From: Flavobacteriaceae bacterium
GTDB taxonomy: Bacteria; Bacteroidota; Bacteroidia; Flavobacteriales; Flavobacteriaceae
Direction: 5' to 3'
DNA length: 64,000 bases
Assembly (NCBI GenBank): GCA_034112185.1
Contig: JAWUVW010000007.1
Location: 911-64,910, forward strand
The notes beneath the pieces were generated by a model, which had not been told where the DNA came from, did not search any database, and worked only from the letters and a program-made list of their open reading frames with translations. Made by a program: the position numbers and the translations under genes. Positions 17,850-26,950 of this stretch are shown here, piece after piece; within the stretch, counting starts at the first letter, position 1, and every line of letters begins with the position of its first letter.

Positions 17850-18446
17850 TTATTTTTTAAACGTTTCTCTCAAAGTTTTATACACGTCATCTTGAATCTT
17901 CATGTTTTCTGGAACTTCTCTAAGCGGTTCAACTTCCCTTAAAGATTCATGACAGTCTTGAGGTAATTGCTGATATAATTGAGTCCCTTTTGTTTTCCAA
18001 GCAATCATCTCATCAGTGACTTGCTTAATGACTTTTGCAGGATTTCCAACGACTAAACTCCTCTTCGGAATTTTAGTTTCAGCTTTTACAAATGCCATGG
18101 CACCAACTATACTTTCGTCACCAATTTCAGCATCATCCATTATAACGGTGTTCATTCCAATAAGACAATTACGCCCTAAATTAGCGCCATGAATAATGGC
18201 CCCATGACCAACATGTGCACTTTCCTTTAGCGTAATTGATTTCCCTGGAAACATGTGTACCGTGCAATTCTCTTGAACATTCACACCATCTTCTAAAATA
18301 ATCTGACCCCAATCGCCACGAATTGCTGCTCCTGGACCAATATAGCAGTTTTTGCCAATAATAACATTTCCAGTAACGGTTGCTAAAGGATGAACAAAAC
18401 TGGATTTGTGTACGACTGGAATAAAGCCTTTGAATGAATAAATCAT
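17850..18446 (-). CDS. paaY: phenylacetic acid degradation protein PaaY (hexapeptide-repeat / gamma-carbonic-anhydrase-like)
   Basis: 198 aa, collinear with E. coli PaaY as I remember it (SFVHP, GDWG, GHGAIIHG, VGNPAK, AWKTKGT..YQ, VEPLREV). Confidence 0.85.
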   Translation of the reverse strand: MIYSFKGFIPVVHKSSFVHPLATVTGNVIIGKNCYIGPGAAIRGDWGQIILEDGVNVQENCTVHMFPGKSITLKESAHVGHGAIIHGANLGRNCLIGMNTVIMDDAEIGDESIVGAMAFVKAETKIPKRSLVVGNPAKVIKQVTDEMIAWKTKGTQLYQQLPQDCHESLREVEPLREVPENMKIQDDVYKTLRETFKK

Positions 18447-18459
18447 ATATAATTATTAC

Positions 18460-18526
18460 TGTCATTCAGAGCGTAAGCCAAGGATCTCATTATAAAATTA
18501 CCACGTCCTTCGTCCTCGCAATGACA
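18460..18526. repeat. imperfect long hairpin of the TGTCATT...AATGACA intergenic repeat type
   Basis: tgtcattcagagcgtaagccaagga pairs with tccttcgtcctcgcaatgaca in the spacer between the hydratase gene and paaY. Confidence 0.6.
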
Positions 18527-18529
18527 ATT

Positions 18530-19288
18530 CTATTTAAACCCTTTTAGTTTCTCTTTTGTAAACTCACTCAGCACTAACCTTCCGCTTGTTTGGGCGCGTT
18601 CTGCTAATAGTTCATCCCAATCGTCCGTGCCTTTCCAAAACACTTTTTTCATTTCTAGCATTGCTTCAACATTGTAAGTGCATAAATGTTCTGCTGTTGT
18701 TTTTACTTCCGCATCTAATGCTTCTGTACTTTCAAAAACATGAGTAAATAAGCCTTTTTGTTTTGCCCATTCTGCAGGGTAAAACGAATTGGCATCAATT
18801 GCTATTTGCGACATGGCACTTAATCCCATTTTACGCTCTATTGCTGGTCCAACGACAAATGGTCCAATACCTATATTTAATTCGCTTAGCTTAATGGAAG
18901 CAAATTTTGTCGCCATACAATAATCAGTTGAAGCCGCTAATCCAACGCCTCCACCAACGGTTTTACCTTGTATACGTCCAATAATAAACTTTGGACATTT
19001 ACGCATAGCGTTGATCACATTTGCGAACCCAGAAAAGAAAACTTTTCCTTGGGTTGCATCGTTGATGTTTATGAGTTCGTTAAAACTTGCGCCAGCACAA
19101 AAGGTTCTGTCGCCTCCACTTTTCAGAACGATTACCTTAATGTTATCGTTTTCTCCTGCTTCATAAATTGTTCTTGCTAATTTAGCTAAAACATCTCCTG
19201 GCAAAGAGTTATGTGCAGGATGGAAGAATTCTATGTATCCTACTTCGTTTTCTATCCTTTGTTTTACGTATGGTTGATTTTCTGACAT
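18530..19288 (-). CDS. enoyl-CoA hydratase/isomerase family protein (possible PaaF-type role)
   Basis: 252 aa, crotonase fold (FCAGASFNEL, GKTVGGGVGLAASTDY). Confidence 0.8.
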   Translation of the reverse strand: MSENQPYVKQRIENEVGYIEFFHPAHNSLPGDVLAKLARTIYEAGENDNIKVIVLKSGGDRTFCAGASFNELININDATQGKVFFSGFANVINAMRKCPKFIIGRIQGKTVGGGVGLAASTDYCMATKFASIKLSELNIGIGPFVVGPAIERKMGLSAMSQIAIDANSFYPAEWAKQKGLFTHVFESTEALDAEVKTTAEHLCTYNVEAMLEMKKVFWKGTDDWDELLAERAQTSGRLVLSEFTKEKLKGFK

Positions 19289-19290
19289 AA

Positions 19291-21789
19291 TTATATTAAT
19301 CCAAATTGTTCAAAGTGGTGGTTTAAATGTTTTCGCTCTAATAAATACCACTCATACCTATTTAATTCTCCGAAAACCATATTACTTAATTTAGCATCTG
19401 GGTGTTCTTTAAAAAAGGTGTTATATTTTTCGCGTTGTGTTTTAAAACTTTCTATCGCAGTTGCCAAATCAGCATGTTTTAGCCTATCGAGGGTATCTTT
19501 TTCTAATAGGGGAAATCTTGAATTCTTTGGAAACTTATCATAGTTATATAAACTATTGTGCACCTTTTCTAGAATTTTTTCAGGTGTTGCTATTTCAAAA
19601 TCTTGGATGTCTCCAGAAGCAATTTTATAAGTATATTCTAAATGCTCAATCATATGTTGAGGCGACATAATTCCCCACTGTGGTTTTGCGTCTTCAGGTA
19701 ATTTGTATAAACAGTCTTGAATCTTATCTTCAGTCATTTCAACAAAAGTCTCTTGCTTCTTCTCCACCATAGTTAAGATAGTCGCAATCGCTACCAATTC
19801 ATCTTCGGCATCAAAAACTTCTACAAACCATTTTACGATACCGCTTGGATGTTCTGCAGAAGCGACATCTCTATCGACTTTTTGCTTACACGTTAATCGT
19901 ACATAAACCGTATCATTGTGATATAGTGGTCGAAGGAATCTACATTCTTCTAATCCGTAGTTTGCAGCCACAGGACCTTTATTTGGATAGACAAATAATC
20001 CTGCTGCAGCTGAAATTATGAAATAACCATGTGCTGTTCTTTTCTCGAAAATACTTCCATCTAAGGATGTGATATCTGTATGCGCATAGAAATGATCCCA
20101 AGTCAAATTCGCAAAGTTGATAATATCGGTATCTGTGAAGGTCCGTTTATGTGTCTTAAGTGACATTCCTGGTTGAATGTCTTCCCAGTGGTATTTGAAA
20201 GGATGTTGATCTGCTTCTTTATATTTTGCATTTTGCTGGTAAATACCAGTAATTTCTGTAATGGTTGTCGGCGAACCCTGAATCGCAGTCCGTTGTAAAT
20301 AATGCTTAATACCACGCATACCGCCCATTTCTTCTCCTCCTCCTGCACGACCAGGACCTCCATGCACCAAATACGGTAATGGGGAACCGTGACCTGTACT
20401 TTCTTTAGCGCTTTCTCTATTGAGCACTAAGATTCTGCCGTGGTGACTCGCCGCATTAATGACATACTCTTTAGCAATCTTATCATTATTAGTAGCAATT
20501 GAAGATACTAAGGAGCCTTTGCCCATTTGCGCCAACAAAATAGCTTCATCTAAATTTTTATATGGCATTATCGTGCTCACAGGACCAAAGGCTTCGCGCT
20601 CATGAATCACGGTATTTTGGAATGGATGATCTGCTCTTAATAAAATAGGACTTATAAATGCCCCTTTTTTAGCATCTGCTCCAATCGTTTCGATTTTATC
20701 TAAACTTCCGTAAACAATCTGCGCTTCTTTTGCCAAATCATTTACTGAATCTCTAACGGCTTGAACCTGCTGATGGCTCACTAAAGATCCCATTCTTACT
20801 TCTTTTAACCTTGGATCCCCAATGGTAACTTTATCCAATGCTTTTCCTAAAGATATTTGAACATCTTCAACTAAGTTTTCTGGAACTATGATACGTCTAA
20901 TCGCTGTACATTTTTGTCCAGCTTTAACCGTCATTTCTTTTCTAACTTCTTTGATAAATAAATCGAACTCGGGTGTTCCAGGCAAAGCGTCCTCCCCTAA
21001 AATCGAAGCATTTAAAGAATCCGCTTCCATGGTAAATGGCACCGACTCTTCGATTAATCTTGGGTGCGCTTTTAACAAACGACCTATGCTTGCCGAACCT
21101 GTAAAGGTTACCACATCTTGAGACTCTACAGTATCCAGAATGGTTTTTACAGTTCCGTTTATGATTTGAAGAGCGCCTTCAGGTAAAATTCCTGAAGCAA
21201 TAATTTCTCGTGCTACAGCTTCTGCTAAATACGATGATGAAGGCGCTGGCAAAACGACTGCTGGTACTCCAGCCATCCAATTCACCGCACATTTCTCTAG
21301 CATGCCCCAAACAGGAAAATTAAAAGCGTTAATATGCACCGCAACCCCTTTTTTAGGCACCATAATGTGATGTGCCATAAAGCGTCCACCACGAGATAAA
21401 TCAATAGCATCACCTTCTACATGATAGGGTTGATTTGGGAACAGTTTTCTTAAGGATGCATTTGCAAACAAATTTCCAAAACCTCCTTCAATATCGATCC
21501 AGCTATCGATTTTGGTGGCCCCTGTTCTATAACTTAATTCGTAAAAAGCATCTTTTCTTTTAGTCAAATACATGGCTAATGCCTTTAGCATATTACCACG
21601 TTCTTGAAAAGTCATTTTCCGAAGTTGCTCGCCACCTTTAGTCCTTCCGTAGTTTAAAATTTCAGGAATATCTAATCCTTCAATAGCGACACTTGTAAAG
21701 GCTTCACCTGTTACTGCGTCTAAGATTGGTGTCCCTTCTTCTTTTCCGGTTGTCCAATGTCCTTGAACGTAATGCTTTATTTTTTCCAT
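19291..21789 (-). CDS. paaZ: PaaZ-type bifunctional aldehyde dehydrogenase / MaoC hydratase with an extra C-terminal DinB/DUF1569-like domain
   Basis: 832 aa. Residues 1 to about 505 are the ALDH domain (MEADSLN, GQKCTAIRR). Residues about 525-679 are MaoC-like (NLTWDHFYAHTD, HGYF). Residues 680-832 form an extra domain (PQWGIMSPQHMIEHL...HLNHHFEQFG). Confidence 0.85.
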   Translation of the reverse strand: MEKIKHYVQGHWTTGKEEGTPILDAVTGEAFTSVAIEGLDIPEILNYGRTKGGEQLRKMTFQERGNMLKALAMYLTKRKDAFYELSYRTGATKIDSWIDIEGGFGNLFANASLRKLFPNQPYHVEGDAIDLSRGGRFMAHHIMVPKKGVAVHINAFNFPVWGMLEKCAVNWMAGVPAVVLPAPSSSYLAEAVAREIIASGILPEGALQIINGTVKTILDTVESQDVVTFTGSASIGRLLKAHPRLIEESVPFTMEADSLNASILGEDALPGTPEFDLFIKEVRKEMTVKAGQKCTAIRRIIVPENLVEDVQISLGKALDKVTIGDPRLKEVRMGSLVSHQQVQAVRDSVNDLAKEAQIVYGSLDKIETIGADAKKGAFISPILLRADHPFQNTVIHEREAFGPVSTIMPYKNLDEAILLAQMGKGSLVSSIATNNDKIAKEYVINAASHHGRILVLNRESAKESTGHGSPLPYLVHGGPGRAGGGEEMGGMRGIKHYLQRTAIQGSPTTITEITGIYQQNAKYKEADQHPFKYHWEDIQPGMSLKTHKRTFTDTDIINFANLTWDHFYAHTDITSLDGSIFEKRTAHGYFIISAAAGLFVYPNKGPVAANYGLEECRFLRPLYHNDTVYVRLTCKQKVDRDVASAEHPSGIVKWFVEVFDAEDELVAIATILTMVEKKQETFVEMTEDKIQDCLYKLPEDAKPQWGIMSPQHMIEHLEYTYKIASGDIQDFEIATPEKILEKVHNSLYNYDKFPKNSRFPLLEKDTLDRLKHADLATAIESFKTQREKYNTFFKEHPDAKLSNMVFGELNRYEWYLLERKHLNHHFEQFGLI

Positions 21790-21790
21790 A

Positions 21791-22999
21791 TTATACGCGT
21801 TCTATAATTGCGGCATAACCTTGCCCTACTCCAATACACATAGTAATTAATGCATATCTTTTATTTTGTTCTTGCAATTCTAAAGCTGCTGAATACGCAA
21901 CTCTCGCACCTGTAACACCAAGTGGATGACCAATAGCAATCGAGCCTCCATTTGGGTTTAATCTTGAATCATCATCTGCTAACCCCCAGGCTCTTGTGCA
22001 CGCCAACGCTTGAGCAGCAAAGGCTTCGTTGAGTTCAATAACATCCATATCACCCATGGTTAATCCAGCTTTCTCTAAAGCTTTATTAGATGCTTGAACA
22101 GGACCAATACCCATTATTCTTGGCTCTACACCAACGACTGCTGAACTTACAATTCTAGCTAAAGGTTTTAGTTTGTATTTTTTAACGGCGTCTTCGGAAG
22201 CAATAATGACAGCAGCTGCTCCATCGTTTAATCCAGAAGAATTTCCTGCTGTTACACTTCCGCCTTCTTTTTTGAATGCTGGACGCAATTTTCCTAATAT
22301 TTCTAAAGAGGTTGTTGGTTTTACAAATTCGTCTTTTGAAAATTGGATTGGATCTTTTTTACGTTGCGGAATTTCAACAGTTACAATTTCTTTTGCTAGT
22401 CGACCATTTTCTTGCGCTTTAGTCGCTTTCATTTGGCTCCAAAGTGCAAACTTATCTTGGTCTTCTCTTGAAATATTATATTTTTCGACAAGGTTTTCAG
22501 CTGTATTTCCCATTCCGTCAGTTCCATAGAGTTTCTCCATTTTCGGATTGATAAAACGCCATCCGAACGTTGAATCGTACATCTTAGAATCGCCACCGAA
22601 TGCTGACGCTGGTTTTGCCATAACGTATGGTCCACGCGTCATATTCTCAACACCACCTGAAATAAACACGTCGCCATCTCCTGCTTTAATCGCACGATTA
22701 GCATGAATGATTGCCGATAATCCCGAGCTACATAATCTGTTTACGGTTTCACCAGGAACTGTAAAAGGTAAACCTGCTAATAGCGAAGACATACGTGCTA
22801 CATTACGATTATCTTCTCCTGCTTGATTAGCACAACCCATAATAACATCGTCGTAAGCTTCCTTTGGAATGCTTGGGTTTCGTTTTACGATTTCTGCGAT
22901 CACTAATGCTCCTAAATCATCTGTTCTGACTGCGGATAATGTGCCTTTGTAGTTTCCTATTGGTGTTCTAATTCCGTCTATTATGTATGCTTCTTTCAT
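21791..22999 (-). CDS. paaJ: 3-oxoadipyl-CoA / acetyl-CoA C-acyltransferase (thiolase)
   Basis: 402 aa with thiolase signatures ([37 protein letters not shown]). Confidence 0.9.
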   Translation of the reverse strand: MKEAYIIDGIRTPIGNYKGTLSAVRTDDLGALVIAEIVKRNPSIPKEAYDDVIMGCANQAGEDNRNVARMSSLLAGLPFTVPGETVNRLCSSGLSAIIHANRAIKAGDGDVFISGGVENMTRGPYVMAKPASAFGGDSKMYDSTFGWRFINPKMEKLYGTDGMGNTAENLVEKYNISREDQDKFALWSQMKATKAQENGRLAKEIVTVEIPQRKKDPIQFSKDEFVKPTTSLEILGKLRPAFKKEGGSVTAGNSSGLNDGAAAVIIASEDAVKKYKLKPLARIVSSAVVGVEPRIMGIGPVQASNKALEKAGLTMGDMDVIELNEAFAAQALACTRAWGLADDDSRLNPNGGSIAIGHPLGVTGARVAYSAALELQEQNKRYALITMCIGVGQGYAAIIERV

Positions 23000-23562
23000 T
23001 TTATTATTTTCAATTCTCGTCCTATTATTTTAACCAATTTATTATTCCCTTTATCTAGGAGGTCTTCACCCTTCACGTTGAGTTTTCTCTTTACCATAAC
23101 CTCATCAGTTTCGGTGTCTACAAGTATTATGTATAAATCATAAACCCAATACAAGGACTCTTTATCAATAACTATATTCCGACCTCTGTTAATACCATTA
23201 GCGCTCTTTATATAATCACCCAACCCCAAAATGCATACATAACGTGATTCAATATTAGATTTATCATACTTCAAATCTTCAAAGTTTTTTATTTCTTTTG
23301 ATGAGTTTAAATCGTCATCAAAAAACGTATTAACAATAACACTCCTATCATTAAGTTTACGATCTATTCTTTCAAAAAGTTGTTTAAAATTATTATCTAT
23401 GCCCCCTTCTTGTCCTCCATAAAATAATATTGAATCAGGACAAGAATAAGAATCAACCGTATATTCCTCAACTACTTTCATAGTTGAATTAATTTTTCGT
23501 TCTTGCCCAAACGCATTTAAGACGAATAGCATAACTATTATTTGAATAATTCTCATTCCCAA
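22996..23562 (-). CDS. hypothetical signal-peptide protein embedded in the paa operon
   Basis: 188 aa with N-terminal IIQIIVMLFVLNAFGQ. Its start overlaps the paaI stop by 10 nt and its stop overlaps the paaJ start by 4 nt. No family recognised. Confidence 0.55.
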   Translation of the reverse strand: MGMRIIQIIVMLFVLNAFGQERKINSTMKVVEEYTVDSYSCPDSILFYGGQEGGIDNNFKQLFERIDRKLNDRSVIVNTFFDDDLNSSKEIKNFEDLKYDKSNIESRYVCILGLGDYIKSANGINRGRNIVIDKESLYWVYDLYIILVDTETDEVMVKRKLNVKGEDLLDKGNNKLVKIIGRELKIIK

Positions 23563-23963
23563 TCTTTTTGAGTTCTATATACAACACCTTTAAAAAGTGC
23601 TACTAATTCGTCACCACGTTTTACTTCAATAATATTAAAACCGAGTTTCTTATTTACTTTTTCGATTACAGATTCTGCTACCAAATAATCACCTTCATCT
23701 AAAGCTTCAATATGATTTATACTGGTTTCAATTGATACAGCAAACTTACCATGTGTATTTGCTGCAAAACCAAATGCTGTATCTGCTAATGAATAACTAA
23801 TGCCCCCATGAGCTTTACCCATACTATTCAGCATGTCTTTCCTAATAGTCATTGCGACTTTGCATCGGCCTATTTCACATTCTAGGATTTCAATTCCTAG
23901 CCAAGTGCTATAAGCATCTTGGGAAAGCATTTTATGTGGAATTTGTTCTCCGTTTAAAGGCAT
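23553..23963 (-). CDS. paaI: hydroxyphenylacetyl-CoA thioesterase PaaI (hotdog fold)
   Basis: 136 aa. The N-SMGKAHGG-SYSLADTAFGFA pattern is typical of the PaaI/4HBT thioesterase family. Confidence 0.85.
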   Translation of the reverse strand: MPLNGEQIPHKMLSQDAYSTWLGIEILECEIGRCKVAMTIRKDMLNSMGKAHGGISYSLADTAFGFAANTHGKFAVSIETSINHIEALDEGDYLVAESVIEKVNKKLGFNIIEVKRGDELVALFKGVVYRTQKDWE

Positions 23964-23964
23964 T

Positions 23965-23988
23965 AGGTATTTGGAATTAGGGATTAGT
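23965..23988. repeat. left arm of a 24-bp inverted repeat bracketing the four-helix-bundle ORF
   Basis: aggtatttggaattagggattagt. The reverse complement of 24365-24388 is agatatttggaattaggcattagt (22/24 identical). Confidence 0.9.
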
Positions 23989-24364
23989 TGCGTTTGTTCC
24001 TTTCTAAAATCTTCTTACGCAATGATGACATCATTTTTGTTAATTCAGAAATTAATTTTCTATTCTCTTCCTCTTTTTCAAAATTAATATAAAATCTTCT
24101 TTTTGCTTTTGTACTGCAACTCACACATTCATTTGCACTGTAAATTGCATGGTTTATGTGTTTGACAAATTGAGCATCTGAGCCTGGATAGCCCTCTGGA
24201 CTATTTAATGCTATGGACTCTGCCACTCTTCTAAACTGAGAAGATAAGGCATAAAGCTCATGATTCGGAAAATCTTTTACCAATTCATCTACTATTTCAC
24301 CAAAATCCATAGCTTTTTGATAAACATGTAAATCTTCAAACTTAAAATGGTAATTACTATTCAT
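23984..24364 (-). CDS. four-helix-bundle protein ('23S rRNA intervening sequence' protein family)
   Basis: ORF 23984..24382, with the start preferred at Met7. FKFEDLHVYQKA...LSSQFRRVAESIALNSPEG matches the family pattern (F.L.vw..A...SQlrRAa.SI..NIAEG). Confidence 0.75.
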   Translation of the reverse strand: MNSNYHFKFEDLHVYQKAMDFGEIVDELVKDFPNHELYALSSQFRRVAESIALNSPEGYPGSDAQFVKHINHAIYSANECVSCSTKAKRRFYINFEKEEENRKLISELTKMMSSLRKKILERNKRN

Positions 24365-24388
24365 ACTAATGCCTAATTCCAAATATCT
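24365..24388. repeat. right arm of the inverted repeat bracketing the four-helix-bundle ORF
   Basis: actaatgcctaattccaaatatct, directly abutting the ATG at 24364. Confidence 0.9.
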
Positions 24389-24402
24389 ATTGCGTTTTTC
24401 CC

Positions 24403-25578
24403 TTAAAAGAAAGTCTTATTTTCCTTGTTCATTTTACGTAATAATGGACTGCAACGGTATCTATCCTCGTGATACTCATCATACAAATTGTCTAGTTGTG
24501 ATACACACCAGTCTATTCCTTTTTCATCGGCCCAAGCTAATAATCCTTTAGGGTAATTTACGCCTTTAGTCATGGCGTTATCGATATCTTCTGCTGTGGC
24601 AACATTTAAAAATAGAGCATCTGCGGCTTCGTTAATTAGCATCACCAACACACGATTGAAAATTTGCTCACCAACCTTAGTCTTTTGTGCTTCTGAAACC
24701 AATTTAGAATGACGTGGTATTATCTTTCCACTTGCGTCATAATCATAATACCCTTTGCCTGATTTTCTTCCAAAATAACCTGCTTCCGAAAAACGTTTTT
24801 GGGTCAATGATGGTTTATACCTAGGATCGAAATAGAACGCTGTAAAAACAGTTTCAGTCACCGTATAATTAACATCATTTCCTATAAAATCCATTAACTC
24901 AAATGGTCCCATTCTGAAACCACCAAGTGTTTTTAGACTCCAATCTATAGTTGCAAAATCTGCAATACCTTCTTCGTAGAGTCTCAAAGCTTCACCATAA
25001 AACGGACGTGCTACTCTGTTTACTATAAACCCTGGTGTGTCTTTTGCTACTGCCACTACTTTCTTCCAATCAGAAATCGTTTCAATTGACTTTTGGAGTA
25101 CGGCTTCAGATGTTTGTAGTGCAGGAATCACCTCAACTAATTTCATTAAAGGTGCTGGATTAAAAAAATGAATTCCGACACAACGTTCTGGTTTTTGGAG
25201 TGATGCAGCTATTGATGCAATAGACAAACTTGAGGTATTTGATGCTATGATACAATCCTCAGAAACATAATTTTCTAATTCTGAAAACACTTTCTTTTTA
25301 ATATCAAGGTTTTCGATAATGGCTTCAATCGTCAAATTTGAATCTGATAAATCTTTCAGATTATCTACATAGCTAATATTAGCTTGAATTCTATCGCTCT
25401 CATCAGCATCTATTCGTCCTTTTACAATGAGACGCGCTAATATTTTCTCGAGAGCTACCTTGGCTTTATCCAAAGCGGCTTGATTGGTATCGTATAGCTT
25501 GACTTTACAACCAGAAGTTGCAGCGACTTGGGCGATACCGCTCCCCATGGTTCCTGAACCTATAATTCCTACGTTCAT
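24403..25578 (-). CDS. paaH: 3-hydroxyacyl-CoA dehydrogenase (PaaH-type)
   Basis: 391 aa. NVGIIGSGTMGSGIA Rossmann motif and the 3HCDH N- and C-domain pattern (NTSSLSI, HFFNPAP, GFIVNR). Confidence 0.85.
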   Translation of the reverse strand: MNVGIIGSGTMGSGIAQVAATSGCKVKLYDTNQAALDKAKVALEKILARLIVKGRIDADESDRIQANISYVDNLKDLSDSNLTIEAIIENLDIKKKVFSELENYVSEDCIIASNTSSLSIASIAASLQKPERCVGIHFFNPAPLMKLVEVIPALQTSEAVLQKSIETISDWKKVVAVAKDTPGFIVNRVARPFYGEALRLYEEGIADFATIDWSLKTLGGFRMGPFELMDFIGNDVNYTVTETVFTAFYFDPRYKPSLTQKRFSEAGYFGRKSGKGYYDYDASGKIIPRHSKLVSEAQKTKVGEQIFNRVLVMLINEAADALFLNVATAEDIDNAMTKGVNYPKGLLAWADEKGIDWCVSQLDNLYDEYHEDRYRCSPLLRKMNKENKTFF

Positions 25579-25587
25579 AGTTTTATA

Positions 25588-26937
25588 TTAAAACGGTAGA
25601 TTTTTTAAATCTACATTACCGCCAGACAAAATAATACCGACGTTCTTATTTTTAAATTCTTCTTTATTCTTCAATACTGCCGCAAACGGTACAGCACACG
25701 AAGGTTCTATTATAATCTTCATGCGCTCCCATATCAATTGCATCGCATTTACAATTTCATCTTCTTCAACACGTATAATTTTAGCAACATGCTTTTGAAT
25801 AATCGGGAAATTGCGGTCACCAAGGTGCGTTCTTAAACCATCTGCAATAGTATGAAAACTATCGTTTGTTTCTATTTTACCAGAAATCAATGAGCGATAA
25901 GCATCATCGGCTTCCATTGGCTCACCTCCAATCACCTTGCAACGCTCTGAAAAATGATATGCAGCTAAAGCAGTTCCTGCAATTAATCCGCCTCCACCAA
26001 CTGGTGTTAAAATTACATCTAAATCTGGATAGTCTTCTAACAACTCCATCGCAGCAGTCGCATTTCCATAAATCACCTCATCTTGGTTTGACGGATGTAA
26101 AAAGGAAGCTCCTTTTTCTTGTTTTATTCTATTGGCTGTAGTCTCTCTAGCTTGCGATGTCGATTCACATTCTATAATTTCTCCTGCATAGGTTTTTACC
26201 CCATCTTTTTTTACTTGCGGCGCATTTTCAGGCATTACGATATAGGCCTTTACACCTAATTTTTGTGCTGCTAATGAAACTGCTTGTGCAAAATTACCTG
26301 AAGAATGCGTTACTACACCTCGCTGTCGTTCTTCTTCTGAAAGTGATAAAATAGCATTCGCAGCGCCTCGCATTTTAAAAGCTCCCATTTTTTGAAAGTT
26401 CTCACACTTAAAAAACAAATTACAACCCGCTTTTTCATTCAACAATTGTGATGTTAGCACAGGTGTTTTATGAATAAAAGGTTTTACTCGATTGTGTGCT
26501 TGTATGAGGGTCTGTTTGATTGATTCCTTTTCGGAAGGTTGACTAGGATTTTCCCCTTGAGGGGACTTTAGGGGTGTTTTTAAAGATTTCACTTTTTCTT
26601 CTAACGATAACGAAACACCAAACATATTGTTTTTAACATCACTATCAGTAAACCTTATAAAATTAACACCGTATTCTTCTAACTTATTTTGCCTATTTAT
26701 ATTTTCAAAATATCTGAAAGCGTGAGAATTACCATCAATTTCGATAGCTAACATCAATTCATGGCAGTAAAAATCTACGATATATTCTAGCAACGGGACT
26801 TGCCTATGAAACTGTACACCTAATGCTCTATTTTTAATGCTTTTCCAAAGCAAAACCTCTGCAAGTGTACTATTTTTTCTTAGCTGTCTAGCGTATTCTT
26901 TAAGTTCTGGATTGTATGGAATTATTTTGTTTTTCAC
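25588..26937 (-). CDS. single 449-codon ORF: N-terminal DUF559 endonuclease-fold domain (aa 1 to about 120) read through a repeat into a PLP-dependent serine/threonine dehydratase-family domain (aa 140-449)
   Basis: DUF559 pattern: ARQLRKNSTLAEVLLWKSIKNRALGVQFHRQVPLLEYIVDFYCHELMLAIEIDGNSH. PLP part: FFKCENFQKMGAFKMRGA, HSSGNFAQAV, PVGGGGL. The linker TPLKSPQGE is encoded by the 22-bp repeat. There is no in-frame ATG, GTG or TTG between Met105 and the dehydratase domain. Confidence 0.7.
   Translation of the reverse strand: MKNKIIPYNPELKEYARQLRKNSTLAEVLLWKSIKNRALGVQFHRQVPLLEYIVDFYCHELMLAIEIDGNSHAFRYFENINRQNKLEEYGVNFIRFTDSDVKNNMFGVSLSLEEKVKSLKTPLKSPQGENPSQPSEKESIKQTLIQAHNRVKPFIHKTPVLTSQLLNEKAGCNLFFKCENFQKMGAFKMRGAANAILSLSEEERQRGVVTHSSGNFAQAVSLAAQKLGVKAYIVMPENAPQVKKDGVKTYAGEIIECESTSQARETTANRIKQEKGASFLHPSNQDEVIYGNATAAMELLEDYPDLDVILTPVGGGGLIAGTALAAYHFSERCKVIGGEPMEADDAYRSLISGKIETNDSFHTIADGLRTHLGDRNFPIIQKHVAKIIRVEEDEIVNAMQLIWERMKIIIEPSCAVPFAAVLKNKEEFKNKNVGIILSGGNVDLKNLPF
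26552..26573 (-). repeat. inverted copy of CCCTAAAGTCCCCTCAAGGGGA at the 3' side of the DUF559 module
   Basis: The plus strand reads tccccttgaggggactttaggg, the exact reverse complement of 26951-26972. Confidence 0.9.
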
Positions 26938-26950
26938 TTAGTTTTTACAG

